Assembly: GCA_963664405.1 (NCBI GenBank)
Contig: OY761158.1
Location: 4,544,001 to 4,608,000, forward strand
Direction: 5' to 3'
Origin: Thermoanaerobaculia bacterium
GTDB lineage: Bacteria; Acidobacteriota; Thermoanaerobaculia; Multivoradales; Multivoraceae
DNA: 64,000 nt
The first letter of the stretch is position 1. Every line of letters begins with the position of its first letter. Below are positions 11,616-21,635 of the stretch, piece after piece. The notes beneath the pieces were generated by a model. It searched no databases. It was given only the letters and a program-made list of their open reading frames with translations, and was not told where the DNA came from. Both the position numbers and the translations under genes were made by a program.

Positions 11616-11630
11616 AGAGAGGTTACTGAG

Positions 11631-11855
11631 TTGGCGAGTAAGGAAGACGCGATAGAGGTCGAGGCGACGGTTGTCGAAACGCTTCCCAATGCAATGTTCC
11701 GGGTCGAGCTCGAGAATAAGCACCTGGCTTTGGCGCACATCTCGGGAAAGATGAGAAAACACTTCATTCGTATCCTGCCGGGAGACCGGGTTCTCGTCGA
11801 GCTATCGCCCTATGATCCCAGTCGCGGCAGAATCGTCTATAGGCTTCGTGGATAG
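11631..11855 (+). CDS. infA: Translation initiation factor IF-1
   Basis: [23 protein letters not shown]; TTG start. Confidence 0.97.
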   Translation: MASKEDAIEVEATVVETLPNAMFRVELENKHLALAHISGKMRKHFIRILPGDRVLVELSPYDPSRGRIVYRLRG

Positions 11856-11869
11856 AAGAAGGTGAAGAG

Positions 11870-11983
11870 ATGAAAGTACGACCCTCAGTGAAGAGGATGT
11901 GTCCGAAGTGCAAGGTCATTCGACGCCATGGCGTCATCAGGGTGATCTGCGAGAACCCTAAACATAAGCAGCGGCAGGGGTAG
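11870..11983 (+). CDS. rpmJ: 50S ribosomal protein L36 (Zn-ribbon form; too short for the ORF track)
   Basis: Read manually: [37 protein letters not shown]. Confidence 0.97.
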   Translation: MKVRPSVKRMCPKCKVIRRHGVIRVICENPKHKQRQG

Positions 11984-11985
11984 CG

Positions 11986-12366
11986 ATGGCACGCATAGCA
12001 GGAATAGATCTTCCCCCTCAGAAGCGAGTGGAAATCGGCCTGACGAGTATCTTCGGCGTCGGCCGCGTGCGCGCAGTCGAGGTCCTCGCAAAGGCCGAGG
12101 TGGATCGAGCTACGAAGGTGAAGGATCTGACCGAAGAGGAAGCCAGGCGCATTCGTAAGGTCATCCAGGACGAGGGTAGGGTAGAGGGCGACTTGCGCAA
12201 AGAGGTGACACAGGACATCAAGCGGCTGATGGAGATCGGCTGCTATCGCGGCGTTCGTCATCGCCGGGGTCTGCCGGTTCGCGGCCAGAGGACACACACC
12301 AACGCTCGCACCCGAAAGGGTCCACGACGGATGTCGGTGGCGGGCAAGAAGACGGTGACCAAGTAG
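11986..12366 (+). CDS. rpsM: 30S ribosomal protein S13
   Basis: [28 protein letters not shown]. Confidence 0.98.
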   Translation: MARIAGIDLPPQKRVEIGLTSIFGVGRVRAVEVLAKAEVDRATKVKDLTEEEARRIRKVIQDEGRVEGDLRKEVTQDIKRLMEIGCYRGVRHRRGLPVRGQRTHTNARTRKGPRRMSVAGKKTVTK

Positions 12367-12382
12367 AGGCTGAGGAGAGGAT

Positions 12383-12781
12383 ATGGCGAAGACTGCAGAA
12401 AAGAAGAGTGGCGGCAAGCGGAAGGAGAAGCGGATCGTTCCTCACGCTGTCGCTCATATTCAGGCCACGTTCAACAACACCCTCATTTCGATTACCGATC
12501 CTGAGGGCAACATAATCACTTGGTCATCGGCTGGGCGCAGTGGTTTCCAAGGCTCCCGTAAGGGAACGCCTTTTGCTGCGCAGGTCGCAGCCCAGGGGGC
12601 AGGCCATCAAGCTAGAGACTTCGGAGTACGCACGGTTGACGTGCTGGTCAAGGGGCCGGGAGCGGGCCGTGAGTCCGCGATTCGGGCACTCCAGACGACT
12701 GGCATCGACGTCAAGTCGATCCGTGACGCGACTCCTATTCCCCACAACGGGTGCCGTCCCCGCAAGCGGCGTCGGGTGTAG
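12383..12781 (+). CDS. rpsK: 30S ribosomal protein S11
   Basis: [25 protein letters not shown]. Confidence 0.98.
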   Translation: MAKTAEKKSGGKRKEKRIVPHAVAHIQATFNNTLISITDPEGNIITWSSAGRSGFQGSRKGTPFAAQVAAQGAGHQARDFGVRTVDVLVKGPGAGRESAIRALQTTGIDVKSIRDATPIPHNGCRPRKRRRV

Positions 12782-12856
12782 AGACCGAGTCTTTACCCGG
12801 TGGACATCGGCGGCGCGCCGCGTCGTCTAGCTACAGCAGAACGAAGGAGTTTACCA

Positions 12857-13846
12857 ATGCTTTGGAAGGGTTTTCAGCGCCCTCAGCTTGTTGAGGTCGA
12901 GCGCAGCACGCTGACCGATACCTACGGCAAATTTTCGGCCCAACCGTTCGAGCGCGGCTTCGCCGTGACCGTCGGGAATGCTCTTCGCCGGAGCCTGCTC
13001 TCGTCTATCGAAGGTGCGGCGATTACGGCGGTTCACATCGAAGGAGTGCTTCACGAGTTCTCCTCACTTTCGGGCGTGGTGGAGGATGTTTCCGACATCG
13101 TCCTCAACCTCAAACAGGTCCCGATTCGGCTTCACAGCGATGAGCCGAAGATCATTGCCATCGATGCGAAAGGCGCCGGCACTGTGACCGCGGGCGACTT
13201 CATTGCTGACCCTCAGGTCGAGATCGCGGACCCCTCGATGCGGATCGCTACGCTCAACGATGAGGGTACTCTCAAGCTCGAGGCTCAGGTCCAGAACGGC
13301 CGAGGCTATGTCAGCGCCGACAAGAACTTCGAAGAGACCATGGGCATAGGTTGGGTGCCGATCGACTCGGTGAACAGCCCGGTGCGCAAGGTCAACTACG
13401 CCGTCGAGTCAGCCCGAGTCGGTCGCTCGACGGAGTACGAGCGTCTGGTACTCGAGGTGTGGACCAACGGTACTGTGAAGCCTGAGGACGCGGTATCGCT
13501 TGCGTCCATGCTGCTCAAGGATCACCTCACTATCTTCATCAGCCTCGAAGAGAGCATGGTGGAGGATCCGGTCATGGAGAGCACTTCCGTGCTCTCCGGT
13601 GTAGCGGCTCTCCTCGCCAAGGAGATCGATGAGCTCGATCTCTCCGTGCGTTCTGCAAACTGCCTCAAGAATGCCAATATCCACACCCTAGGCGATCTCG
13701 TTCGCCGGACCGAGAAGGACATGCTCGAGACCAAGAACTTCGGGCGCAAGTCGCTCGAAGAGCTTCAGGATCTCCTTTCCAAGCTCGGCTTGGGCTTTAG
13801 CATGGACGTCGCGGAGCCGGAACCGGCATCGCCCGTCGTGGTTTAG
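12857..13846 (+). CDS. rpoA: DNA-directed RNA polymerase subunit alpha
   Basis: [35 protein letters not shown]; AAGGAG SD before ATG 12857. Confidence 0.98.
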   Translation: MLWKGFQRPQLVEVERSTLTDTYGKFSAQPFERGFAVTVGNALRRSLLSSIEGAAITAVHIEGVLHEFSSLSGVVEDVSDIVLNLKQVPIRLHSDEPKIIAIDAKGAGTVTAGDFIADPQVEIADPSMRIATLNDEGTLKLEAQVQNGRGYVSADKNFEETMGIGWVPIDSVNSPVRKVNYAVESARVGRSTEYERLVLEVWTNGTVKPEDAVSLASMLLKDHLTIFISLEESMVEDPVMESTSVLSGVAALLAKEIDELDLSVRSANCLKNANIHTLGDLVRRTEKDMLETKNFGRKSLEELQDLLSKLGLGFSMDVAEPEPASPVVV

Positions 13847-13871
13847 GGCTCAGAAGCGAGGAGCCGAAGCC

Positions 13872-14252
13872 ATGAGACATGCAGTGAAGGGTAGGAAGCT
13901 CGGGCGCACCACCGCTCATCGGCGGGCTCTTTTCCGGAATCAGCTGGCGTCACTGATGACCCATGAGAGGATCGTCACCACCTTGGCAAAGGCCAAGGAG
14001 CTGCGTCCGATCGCCGAGAAGCTGGTTACGAAGGGAAAGAAAGACTCGGTTGCATCACGCCGCCTGGTCCGCCGTTGGCTCGAGAGTCGCGACGACGTCG
14101 GCAGGCTCTTCGATCACATCGCACCCCGTTTCTCGGATCGATCCGGAGGCTATCTGAGGATCGTGAAGCTGGGGCCACGGCAGGGAGACGCTGCAGAGAC
14201 CGCTGCTCTGCAGTTCGTCGACTACGATCCGGAGCGCAAGGAAGAGGAATAG
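13872..14252 (+). CDS. rplQ: 50S ribosomal protein L17
   Basis: MRHAVKGRKLGR, TTLAKAKE, GGYLRIVK. Confidence 0.98.
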   Translation: MRHAVKGRKLGRTTAHRRALFRNQLASLMTHERIVTTLAKAKELRPIAEKLVTKGKKDSVASRRLVRRWLESRDDVGRLFDHIAPRFSDRSGGYLRIVKLGPRQGDAAETAALQFVDYDPERKEEE

Positions 14253-14253
14253 G

Positions 14254-14278
14254 CCTGGGGGGAATCGTTCTCTCCAGG
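14254..14278. terminator. Hairpin just after rplQ between convergent genes
   Basis: CCTGGGGGGAA-TCG-TTCTCTCCAGG stem with G-U pairs; no clear U tract. Confidence 0.35.
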
Positions 14279-14379
14279 GCCGGCTGCATCGCCCGTCCGG
14301 CGTGGCTGCCGCCTGCGCTTCCGCCCTCTTGCTTGCTCGGTGAAGATCCCAGCGGCGAGGGGTCGGTCTTGGGCGCGCC

Positions 14380-16473
14380 CTAAGAAGCTGCTGCTTCTTT
14401 GGCGCGCTGCTCTTCTGCGACGATCTTCTCCTGCACCATCCGCGGAACTTCTTCGTAGCTCGAGTGAGCCATGGTGAAGCTCGAGCGACCCTGGGTCATC
14501 GAGGTCAGGGCTTGGGAGTAGTCGAGCATCTCGGCTAGAGGCACCAGGGCTCGCACGATCTGCGTACCCTCGCCTGCGGCTTCCATCCCCTGGGGGCGTC
14601 CGCGGCGTTGGGAGAGGTCGCTCATGATGTCGCCCATGAACTCCTCGGGGGTGACGACCTCGATCTGCATCACCGGCTCGAGCAAGGTCGGTCTCGCTTG
14701 TGACATGGCGTCTTTGAAGGCCATGGAACCGGCGATCTTGAAAGCCATCTCTGAGGAGTCTACGTCGTGGTACTGCCCATCGATCAGGCGGACTTTGAAG
14801 TCGACGACCGGATGAGATGTGCTGTAGCCACCCGACGCGGCCTCCTGGATCCCCTTGTCGACCGCTGGGCGATAGTTCTGGGGGATCGAGCCACCGAAGA
14901 TCTCGTCGCGGAACTCGAAGCCGGAGTCGCGAGGGACCGGCTCTACGATGATCTTGCAATCGGCGAACTGGCCGCGCCCACCGGTCTGCTTCTTGTGACG
15001 ACCGTGACCCTCGGCGGAACGAGTGATGGTCTCGCGATAGGGAACCTTGGGCGGATGGAGGATGACCTCCACCTTGAATCGGCTCTTGAGCTTCGCGACG
15101 GCGATCTCGACGTGCAGCTGGCCGCTACCTGAAACGAGATACTCGCCGGTCTGGGCATCTCGTCCGGTACCGAGCCCGATGTCTTCGTCGCGGAGACGGT
15201 GCATGGCTTCGCCGATCTTTTCGTCGTCGCCCTTGGCCTTGGGCTCAACTGCAAAGGAGATCGCTGGAGGCGGTACCTCGAACCAACCTAGGTGGACCGG
15301 GCTCTCCTTGGCGCACAGAGTGTCGCCGGTGTTCGCTGTCTTGAGCTTGGCTACCGACCCGATGTCTCCGCTGACCAGGGACGAGGTTGCCGTACCCACC
15401 TTCCCCTGCGTGGTGAGTAAAGAACCGATCCGCTCACTCTCTTCTACTCGAGTGTTCCAGAGATTGGAGTCCGAGCTCAAGGTTCCGCTGACGACTCGTA
15501 GTAGAGAGACGCGGCCGCTGAATGGGTCGTTGAGGGTCTTGAAGATGAGCGCGCTCGTCGGTGCGTCGGGAGTAGGGAGGACGTCGACTTGGGCTCCGCC
15601 AACATTGGTGGCGGGATAGTTGGCCCTGTCGGCGGGTGAGGGTGCGAGATCGACCAAGGTGTCGAGCAGCGCAGAAGTGCCGATACCGTGGAGTGCACAG
15701 CCGGCGGTGATCGGGAAGATGTCCCGGTTGGCAACCGCCTTGCGCAGTCCCCCGATCAGCTCGTCGACGCTCAAAGTGCCCTCTTCGAAGAACTTCTCCA
15801 TCAGGGCTTCGTCGCTCTCCGCGACCGCTTCGATAAGGGCGGTACGCCACTCTTCCACGGTCTCTGCCAGATCTTCCGGAATGTCGGATTCAGTCGCCGT
15901 TCCGTTACCATCCTTGGCGAACAGCAGAGCCTTGTTGCGGACCAGGTCGACCACTCCTTCGAAGCCGTGCTCCTTGCCGATCGCTACCTGGACCGGTAGC
16001 GCGCCGCGACCGAATCTCTTCACCAGGGCCTCTGCCACCACGGTCATATCCGCTCTCTCTCGATCCATCTTGGTGAGATGGAAGACGACCGGCAGCCCCG
16101 CTTGCGCCGCCATCTGCCACACCCTCTCGGTGGTGACCTCGATTCCGGAGGCGGCGTTGATGCAGACAATGGCAGCGTCGGCCGCCTGCAGACCGCTCTG
16201 GATCTCGGTCATGAAGATGGCGTATCCGGGGCAGTCCAAGAGGTTGATCTTGGTCTGCCTCCAGGGCGCGAAGGCGATCGAGAGATTGATCGAGATCTTG
16301 CGCTCGATCTCCTGCAGGTCGAAGTCTGTGGTGGCGTGTCCGTCGTCGACAGTGTTGAGTCTGTTGGTGACTCCTGCGGAGTAGAGAAGCGCACTGACCA
16401 GAGTCGTCTTGCCAGTATCGTTGTGTCCGACGATCGCGAGATTACGGATCTGTTCCGGGCCCGAGACCTGCAT
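14380..16473 (-). CDS. Elongation factor G paralog (EF-G2 / EF-G II)
   Basis: Five-domain EF-G; G1 GHNDTGKTT, G2 RKISI, G3 DCPGY, HKKQTGGRGQF, YHDVDSSEMAF; start MQVSG 16473. Confidence 0.93.
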   Translation of the reverse strand: MQVSGPEQIRNLAIVGHNDTGKTTLVSALLYSAGVTNRLNTVDDGHATTDFDLQEIERKISINLSIAFAPWRQTKINLLDCPGYAIFMTEIQSGLQAADAAIVCINAASGIEVTTERVWQMAAQAGLPVVFHLTKMDRERADMTVVAEALVKRFGRGALPVQVAIGKEHGFEGVVDLVRNKALLFAKDGNGTATESDIPEDLAETVEEWRTALIEAVAESDEALMEKFFEEGTLSVDELIGGLRKAVANRDIFPITAGCALHGIGTSALLDTLVDLAPSPADRANYPATNVGGAQVDVLPTPDAPTSALIFKTLNDPFSGRVSLLRVVSGTLSSDSNLWNTRVEESERIGSLLTTQGKVGTATSSLVSGDIGSVAKLKTANTGDTLCAKESPVHLGWFEVPPPAISFAVEPKAKGDDEKIGEAMHRLRDEDIGLGTGRDAQTGEYLVSGSGQLHVEIAVAKLKSRFKVEVILHPPKVPYRETITRSAEGHGRHKKQTGGRGQFADCKIIVEPVPRDSGFEFRDEIFGGSIPQNYRPAVDKGIQEAASGGYSTSHPVVDFKVRLIDGQYHDVDSSEMAFKIAGSMAFKDAMSQARPTLLEPVMQIEVVTPEEFMGDIMSDLSQRRGRPQGMEAAGEGTQIVRALVPLAEMLDYSQALTSMTQGRSSFTMAHSSYEEVPRMVQEKIVAEEQRAKEAAAS

Positions 16474-16509
16474 CTTTCTCTCTTCCTCCGTGCCGATAAT
16501 GAGTTGGTC

Positions 16510-16518
16510 ACTATAGCA
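16510..16518 (-). promoter_or_regulatory. Extended -10 promoter candidate for EF-G2
   Basis: Minus strand TGcTATAGT about 37 nt upstream of the ATG. Confidence 0.45.
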
Positions 16519-16567
16519 CGGAGATCTCGCCCCTTGGCGTCCCACGGGGGGCCGCGAGCGTTCCGCG

Positions 16568-17929
16568 TCAAGCTGCCGGAGCGACCGGCTCGAGTACCTC
16601 TACTTCGCCGAAGTGCTGAAACTGTGGAGCGAGCTCGGTGGCTGGCCCGACGGCCACGATTGCGGTCGAATCGGGGTCGATGTGAGATCTGGCAACGCTC
16701 AGCAGGCGACCTTCGTCTACTGTCGAGATCTCCTCGAGACGGCGGTCGAAGTAGTCGTCCGGCAAGTCGTAGACAGCGAGCTCCTGAAGGCGTCTGAGGA
16801 TCCCTCCGTTGGTCTGGAGACCGTAGGGAAAGACTCCTTGCAGAAAGCTTCTCGTTTCCAACAGCTCCTCCTCGCTTACCGCTTCTTCTCGAAGCCGGGA
16901 CAGTTCGTGGAGAATCTCGCCGCTGGCCGCACCCGCGACGTCGTTGGCCACCGCCGTCCACACCAGGAAGGGCGCGGGACCGATGCGCTCGATAAAGGCG
17001 CTGTGTGCCCCGTAGGTGTAGCCGTTGCGCTCCCTCAAGTTGAGATTGATGCGGCTGGTGAACTTGCCGCCGAGGAGGGAGTTGAGAACCGAGAGCGCCG
17101 TGCGGTCCCGGTGGGAGCGACGTGGCCCGACGTGCCCGATGCGGATCTCGGTCTGCTGAGCATCGGGGCGATCGACGATCTTCACCTGTCGTCGTGAGGG
17201 TGGCGAGTCGAAGAGCGGCGCTTCCGTCCGAGGACCCTCTGCCAACTCGCCAAGCCTTCGCACTGCGACATCGAGCACTCGCGCCGGCTCGACGTCGCCC
17301 GCGACCAATAGGAAGGCGCCGTGAGCTTGGCTGTGCGCGCGCCAGAACGTCGAGATCTCATCCGCGCCTATGGTCTGGAGGGAGCGTTGGTCGCCCAAGA
17401 GGGTGTGTCCGTAGACGCCCTCACCGTAAAGAGTCGAGGCGAAGACCTCTTCGGCGATAGCGGTGGGCTGATCGCGCCGTCGTAGCCACTCCGCCAGTCT
17501 TTCTCTTCGCGTGCGCTCGATCTCTTCAGCCTGGAACGCAGGGTTGGTTGCCACGTCGGCCAACAGCTCGAAGGCCGTCTCCAGATGGGGAGTGAGAACG
17601 GTCGAGGCTATGGATGCAGTCGCCCATCCCGCGCCGGTTGAAAGAGTGCCGCCGACCGACTCGATGCGATCGGCAATCTCTTTCGAAGAGAGGCTCGTCG
17701 TGCCTTCTTCGAGGAGAGACGCCGCGAACGCAGCAAGACCGGGATGCGGGGCAGGATCGAAATGAGCGCCGGCGGGGAGCACGAGCTGGAGGCTCACCAG
17801 GGGGGCGTTCTCACGTCTCAGTGCGTAGACCTCGAGGCCGGTCGCCAGCTTCTGGTGAGTGAATTCCGGAAAGTGGAAGGGCTCGCCCGCATTCGACTCC
17901 GGTGGGTGTGCCCGATCCAGCGCTTTCAT
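16568..17929 (-). CDS. M16B peptidase family, non-catalytic subunit
   Basis: Pitrilysin fold, SRINLNLRERNGYTYGA R/Y motif, no HXXEH. Confidence 0.88.
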   Translation of the reverse strand: MKALDRAHPPESNAGEPFHFPEFTHQKLATGLEVYALRRENAPLVSLQLVLPAGAHFDPAPHPGLAAFAASLLEEGTTSLSSKEIADRIESVGGTLSTGAGWATASIASTVLTPHLETAFELLADVATNPAFQAEEIERTRRERLAEWLRRRDQPTAIAEEVFASTLYGEGVYGHTLLGDQRSLQTIGADEISTFWRAHSQAHGAFLLVAGDVEPARVLDVAVRRLGELAEGPRTEAPLFDSPPSRRQVKIVDRPDAQQTEIRIGHVGPRRSHRDRTALSVLNSLLGGKFTSRINLNLRERNGYTYGAHSAFIERIGPAPFLVWTAVANDVAGAASGEILHELSRLREEAVSEEELLETRSFLQGVFPYGLQTNGGILRRLQELAVYDLPDDYFDRRLEEISTVDEGRLLSVARSHIDPDSTAIVAVGPATELAPQFQHFGEVEVLEPVAPAA

Positions 17930-19209
17930 GCCCCTGACTCGGCGGGGAGGACGTGAATTCGTGCTCGATTGTCACAACGAAGGTAGCGTGCGGCCACGGA
18001 GCTCAGCTCCTTGGCCTCGATCTGTTGATAAAGGGCCGCCTCCCGGCCTACATCCTGTGGGCGGTCGAAGAAGGTGGTGAACTGTGAGAGAAGATCAGCC
18101 CTGCGGTCCAGAGTCTGGAGCTCGCTGAAGTAGCCGGCGAGGATCCGGTTGCGTGCGCGCTCCAACTCTTCTTCGTCGATGCCGGCGGCGGCGACCGCGG
18201 CAAGGTGGTCGTCAAGCGCTGTCTGGAGATCTCCGATCGGCGTCCCCGGACGGCAGGTCGCGACCACTTGGAAGGAGCCGCATTCTTCGGTGGGCAGGGC
18301 GTAGCATCCGACGGACTGGGCTAGCTCGCGCTCGTAGACCAGGTCGCGGTAGAAACGACTCGCCTTGCCGACGGTCAGGACGTGGGCGAGAAGATCGGCC
18401 GCGTACCAGTCTCGATCGCCGTACGCTGGCAGTCGATAAGCGAGATAAAGCCGAGGAAGTTGGACGTTGTCTTCGAGCTCCTCCCACCTTTCGCCGGTCG
18501 CCTCCAGCTTGGTGTTCTCTGGCGGCGGAACTTCATCGCCGGCTTGGAGGCTACCGAAGTAGCGGTCGACCAGTTCGAGCGCCGCCTCGGTCTCGAAGTC
18601 GCCGGCGAGGGTGAGAACTGCGTTGTTGGGTACGTAGTAGGTAGAGAAGAAATGCTGGACGTCCACTAGAGTAGCGGCAGCGATGTCTTCCATGTAGCCG
18701 ATCACCGGCCATCGATAGGGGTGACCCTCGGGGTAGAGGAGCTCGCTGAGGCGCTCGGAGGCCTTGCCGTAGGGCTGATTGTCGACCCTCTGTCTGCGCT
18801 CGTTCATCACCACCTGGCGCTGGTTCTCGAGCTTCTCAGAAGATAGTGCGTCGAGTAGGAATCCCATTCGATCCGACTCGAGCCAGAGACCCAGCTCGAG
18901 GCTGTTCGAGGGCAATGTCTCGTAGTAGTTGGTGCGGTCGAACCAGGTGGACCCGTTGGCTACACCTCCGACGCCTTGGACATAGCGGAAGTGGTCGGTG
19001 TCCTCAACGTGAGCACTACCCTGGAACAACATGTGCTCAAAGAGATGCGCAAACCCGGTCTTGCCCGGGCGCTCGTTCTTCGAACCGGCGTGATACCAGA
19101 GATTGATGGCGACGAGAGGAAGGGAACGGTCCCGGTGCAGGACAACTCTCAGGCCGTTTCCGAGCTGATGGGCTTCGCAGGCGAGCGTGGGGGGCTGGAG
19201 GTCTCGCAT
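17926..19209 (-). CDS. M16B zinc peptidase, catalytic subunit
   Basis: GKTGFAHLFEHMLFQGS (HXXEH), NGST..DRTNY, LESDRM; start MRDLQP 19209. Confidence 0.92.
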   Translation of the reverse strand: MRDLQPPTLACEAHQLGNGLRVVLHRDRSLPLVAINLWYHAGSKNERPGKTGFAHLFEHMLFQGSAHVEDTDHFRYVQGVGGVANGSTWFDRTNYYETLPSNSLELGLWLESDRMGFLLDALSSEKLENQRQVVMNERRQRVDNQPYGKASERLSELLYPEGHPYRWPVIGYMEDIAAATLVDVQHFFSTYYVPNNAVLTLAGDFETEAALELVDRYFGSLQAGDEVPPPENTKLEATGERWEELEDNVQLPRLYLAYRLPAYGDRDWYAADLLAHVLTVGKASRFYRDLVYERELAQSVGCYALPTEECGSFQVVATCRPGTPIGDLQTALDDHLAAVAAAGIDEEELERARNRILAGYFSELQTLDRRADLLSQFTTFFDRPQDVGREAALYQQIEAKELSSVAARYLRCDNRARIHVLPAESGA

Positions 19210-19266
19210 GGCGGAGAGCGCGCGAAGTCTAGCAGAAGGAGAGCCGGGCGAAGGGCCGGCGAGCGC

Positions 19267-19295
19267 TTGACTTGCGCCTTGTTTACGCTGATACT
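19267..19295 (+). promoter_or_regulatory. Sigma70-type promoter of lexA (probably leaderless)
   Basis: TTGACT-17nt-GATACT ending 7 nt before the ATG at 19303. Confidence 0.55.
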
Positions 19296-19302
19296 CGGGG
19301 GC

Positions 19303-19929
19303 ATGAAACAGCCTAGGAACTACCTGACGCCGCGCCAGAAAGAGGTCCTCGAGTTCATCCAGGCTTTCCAGGAGGAGAACGGCTTCTCGCCCACCCATCG
19401 CGAGATCTGTGAGCGCTTCGGCTACTCCTCGTACGGCACGGTGCACAAGCATCTGAAGCTACTCGAGGCGAAGGGCTTTCTCCGCCGAGACTGGAATCAG
19501 AAACGAGGAGTAGAGCTGACGCCCCGCCCGGACTCCCGGCCTCCCTCCCTTACTGAGCTGCCCTTTCTGGGTCGAATCGCCGCAGGCAAGCCGATAGAGG
19601 CGGTACAAGATCAAGAGACCCTCGTCGTCCCGCCGTCTCTGGTTCGAGGAGGCGACGGTGAGCACTTCGTTCTCAGGGTAGTAGGCGAGTCCATGATCGA
19701 GGAGGGAGTTCATGACGGCGACCTCGTTGTCGTTCAGAAGCGCGACACGGCCGACTCCGGCGACATGGTAGTTGCGCTGATAGACGAAGATGCAACGCTC
19801 AAGCGCTTTTACTCCGAGGGCGAAACGGTCCGCTTGCAACCGGCGAACCGGCACATGGAGCCGATCCTGGTCGCTGCCGACAAGGTTCGAATCCAGGGCG
19901 TGGCTGTGGGCCTGATGCGACGCTTCTGA
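19303..19929 (+). CDS. lexA: SOS repressor LexA
   Basis: wHTH LTPRQKEVLEFI..SPTHREI, cleavage site IAAG, catalytic Ser GESM and Lys TLKR. Confidence 0.96.
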   Translation: MKQPRNYLTPRQKEVLEFIQAFQEENGFSPTHREICERFGYSSYGTVHKHLKLLEAKGFLRRDWNQKRGVELTPRPDSRPPSLTELPFLGRIAAGKPIEAVQDQETLVVPPSLVRGGDGEHFVLRVVGESMIEEGVHDGDLVVVQKRDTADSGDMVVALIDEDATLKRFYSEGETVRLQPANRHMEPILVAADKVRIQGVAVGLMRRF

Positions 19930-20051
19930 GTGAAGAAACCGGGTTCGGCTCGGCGGTCTTGGAAATTCCTTCGTGTTATTGCTATTATTTGATGTCCGCG
20001 ATCTAGTCTTACGCCGAGTCGGCGCGTTTTGACTCTCGGAGAGGACAACGA

Positions 20052-21488
20052 ATGTCAGTAGCATCGATGGAACCTAGCAGTCAGCCACGGGATATCGACA
20101 CTCTGCTACGGCAGATGACCGAGATGGGGGCGTCTGATCTGCATTTGCGGCCGGCGCGCCGACCTTTGGTACGGCTCCACGGGCGTCTGCAACCGCTTGA
20201 CGGAGATCCGCTCAGGCCTGCCGACATCGGCTCCATGATGGACACCATCATGCAGCCTCATCACAAGGCCAAATTCGAGAAGAACCTCTCGGTCGACCTC
20301 GGCTACGGAATCCCTGGCTTAGCTCGGTTTCGCTGCAATGTCTTCCTCCAGCGAGGGACTCTGGCCGCCGCCTTCCGGATGATCCCGGACCAGATCAAGA
20401 ACGTCCAGGAGTTGGAGCTCCCCGAGTCGTTGATCGATTTCTGCCGACTTCCGATGGGCCTGGTGCTGATCACCGGTCCAACAGGAAGCGGAAAGTCCAC
20501 GACTCTGGCGGCGATGGTCCAGTACATCGCCGACAACTCCCCTATTCATATCGTCAGCATCGAAGATCCTATCGAGTTTCTTCTCCATGACGAGGTGGGC
20601 ACGGTCTCGCAGAGAGAGGTTGGTACCGATACTCCCGGCTTCTTCGAGGCATTGAAGAACTCGTTGCGGCAGGACCCTGATGTGATCATGATCGGAGAGA
20701 TGCGCGACCCCGAGACGGTGGCGACGGTCATCAGTGCGGCGGAGACCGGTCATCTGGTGTTCTCGACCTTGCATACCAACAACACCTCTCAGACCATCGA
20801 TCGCATCATGGACAACTTTCCTCCGGCCCAGCAACTGCAGGTGCGATTCCAGCTCTCTCAGGTTCTCAAGGGGGTCGTTTCGATGCAGCTGGTGCGGAGA
20901 CAGGATGGCTCAGGCCGCATCGGCGCCCTGGAGATCCTTCGCAACTCTCCGGACATCGAGAAGATGATCGCAACTGGAGCAACAGCTGAGGTCCTGGAAC
21001 GGATCGAGAGCTCGGTTGCGGGCTTCAAGATGCAATCGATGAACCAGTCTCTGCTTGCGTTGTTGGTCCACGGAACGATTTCTTACGATGAGGCAATGCG
21101 GCGTTCGACCGAACCCGGCGATCTAGACCTCAAGCTGCGTACCTTGTTCCCGAAATTGGTCGAGCAGGAGGACGATATGAGTAGTAGTGCCGATTTTTTC
21201 CAGATCTTCGAGCTCCTGCAGTTCCGCAAACTCTACGAAGAGCAAGACGAGCAGGGCCAGATTCAGCTCTCCGAGAAGGACGAGGTCATCGGCGATCTCC
21301 GTCAGCGCTTGGAGCATCAGGGCTCCGAGCTGGAACGGCTACGTGGTGTCCTTGGTGAATCCGAAGAGCGCTTCGAGAAGCTCGACACAGAGCAAGAGCG
21401 AATGGCGAACGAAGCCAAGGCGCGCATCGACAAGCTTCAGGAGCGCATTCGCGAGCTCAATCAGCAGGTCTCCGCTCAAAAAGCCTAG
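20052..21488 (+). CDS. PilT/PilU family ATPase with C-terminal coiled-coil extension
   Basis: ASDLHL, Walker A GPTGSGKST, EDPIE, LRQDPDVIMIGEMRD, GHLVFSTLH; last about 100 aa heptad-rich. Confidence 0.9.
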   Translation: MSVASMEPSSQPRDIDTLLRQMTEMGASDLHLRPARRPLVRLHGRLQPLDGDPLRPADIGSMMDTIMQPHHKAKFEKNLSVDLGYGIPGLARFRCNVFLQRGTLAAAFRMIPDQIKNVQELELPESLIDFCRLPMGLVLITGPTGSGKSTTLAAMVQYIADNSPIHIVSIEDPIEFLLHDEVGTVSQREVGTDTPGFFEALKNSLRQDPDVIMIGEMRDPETVATVISAAETGHLVFSTLHTNNTSQTIDRIMDNFPPAQQLQVRFQLSQVLKGVVSMQLVRRQDGSGRIGALEILRNSPDIEKMIATGATAEVLERIESSVAGFKMQSMNQSLLALLVHGTISYDEAMRRSTEPGDLDLKLRTLFPKLVEQEDDMSSSADFFQIFELLQFRKLYEEQDEQGQIQLSEKDEVIGDLRQRLEHQGSELERLRGVLGESEERFEKLDTEQERMANEAKARIDKLQERIRELNQQVSAQKA

Positions 21489-21498
21489 CTGGCTCGAG

Positions 21499-21617
21499 CC
21501 TCGGCGCCATGTTCCGCAGGTGAAGGAAATGATAGCCATCATTTTCCCCGATGCGCCGTCCTCGGCGCCATGTTCCGCAGGTGAAGGAAATGATAGCCAT
21601 CATTTTCTTCACCTGCG
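21499..21617. repeat. 48-bp exact direct repeat pair with palindromic core (REP-like)
   Basis: CCTCGGCGCCATGTTCCGCAGGTGAAGGAAATGATAGCCATCATTTTC at 21499-21546 and 21560-21607; 19-bp stem hairpin 21576-21617. Confidence 0.85.
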
Positions 21618-21635
21618 CTACAATCTCTCTCCTAG

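Noticed and set aside
19210-19302. LexA operator upstream of lexA
   Set aside because: No recognisable CTGT-N8-ACAG, GAAC-N4-GTTC or GTTC-N7-GTTC box found by eye
18976-19452. Long overlapping N-terminal extensions of lexA and the M16 peptidase in the ORF track
   Set aside because: Family homology begins at 19303 and 19209, leaving a normal divergent promoter region; the same applies to the rplO, leuD and tatD extensions
21499-21607. Direct repeats as a mini-CRISPR array
   Set aside because: Only two 48-bp copies with a 13-nt spacer and no cas genes; better explained as a REP-like element
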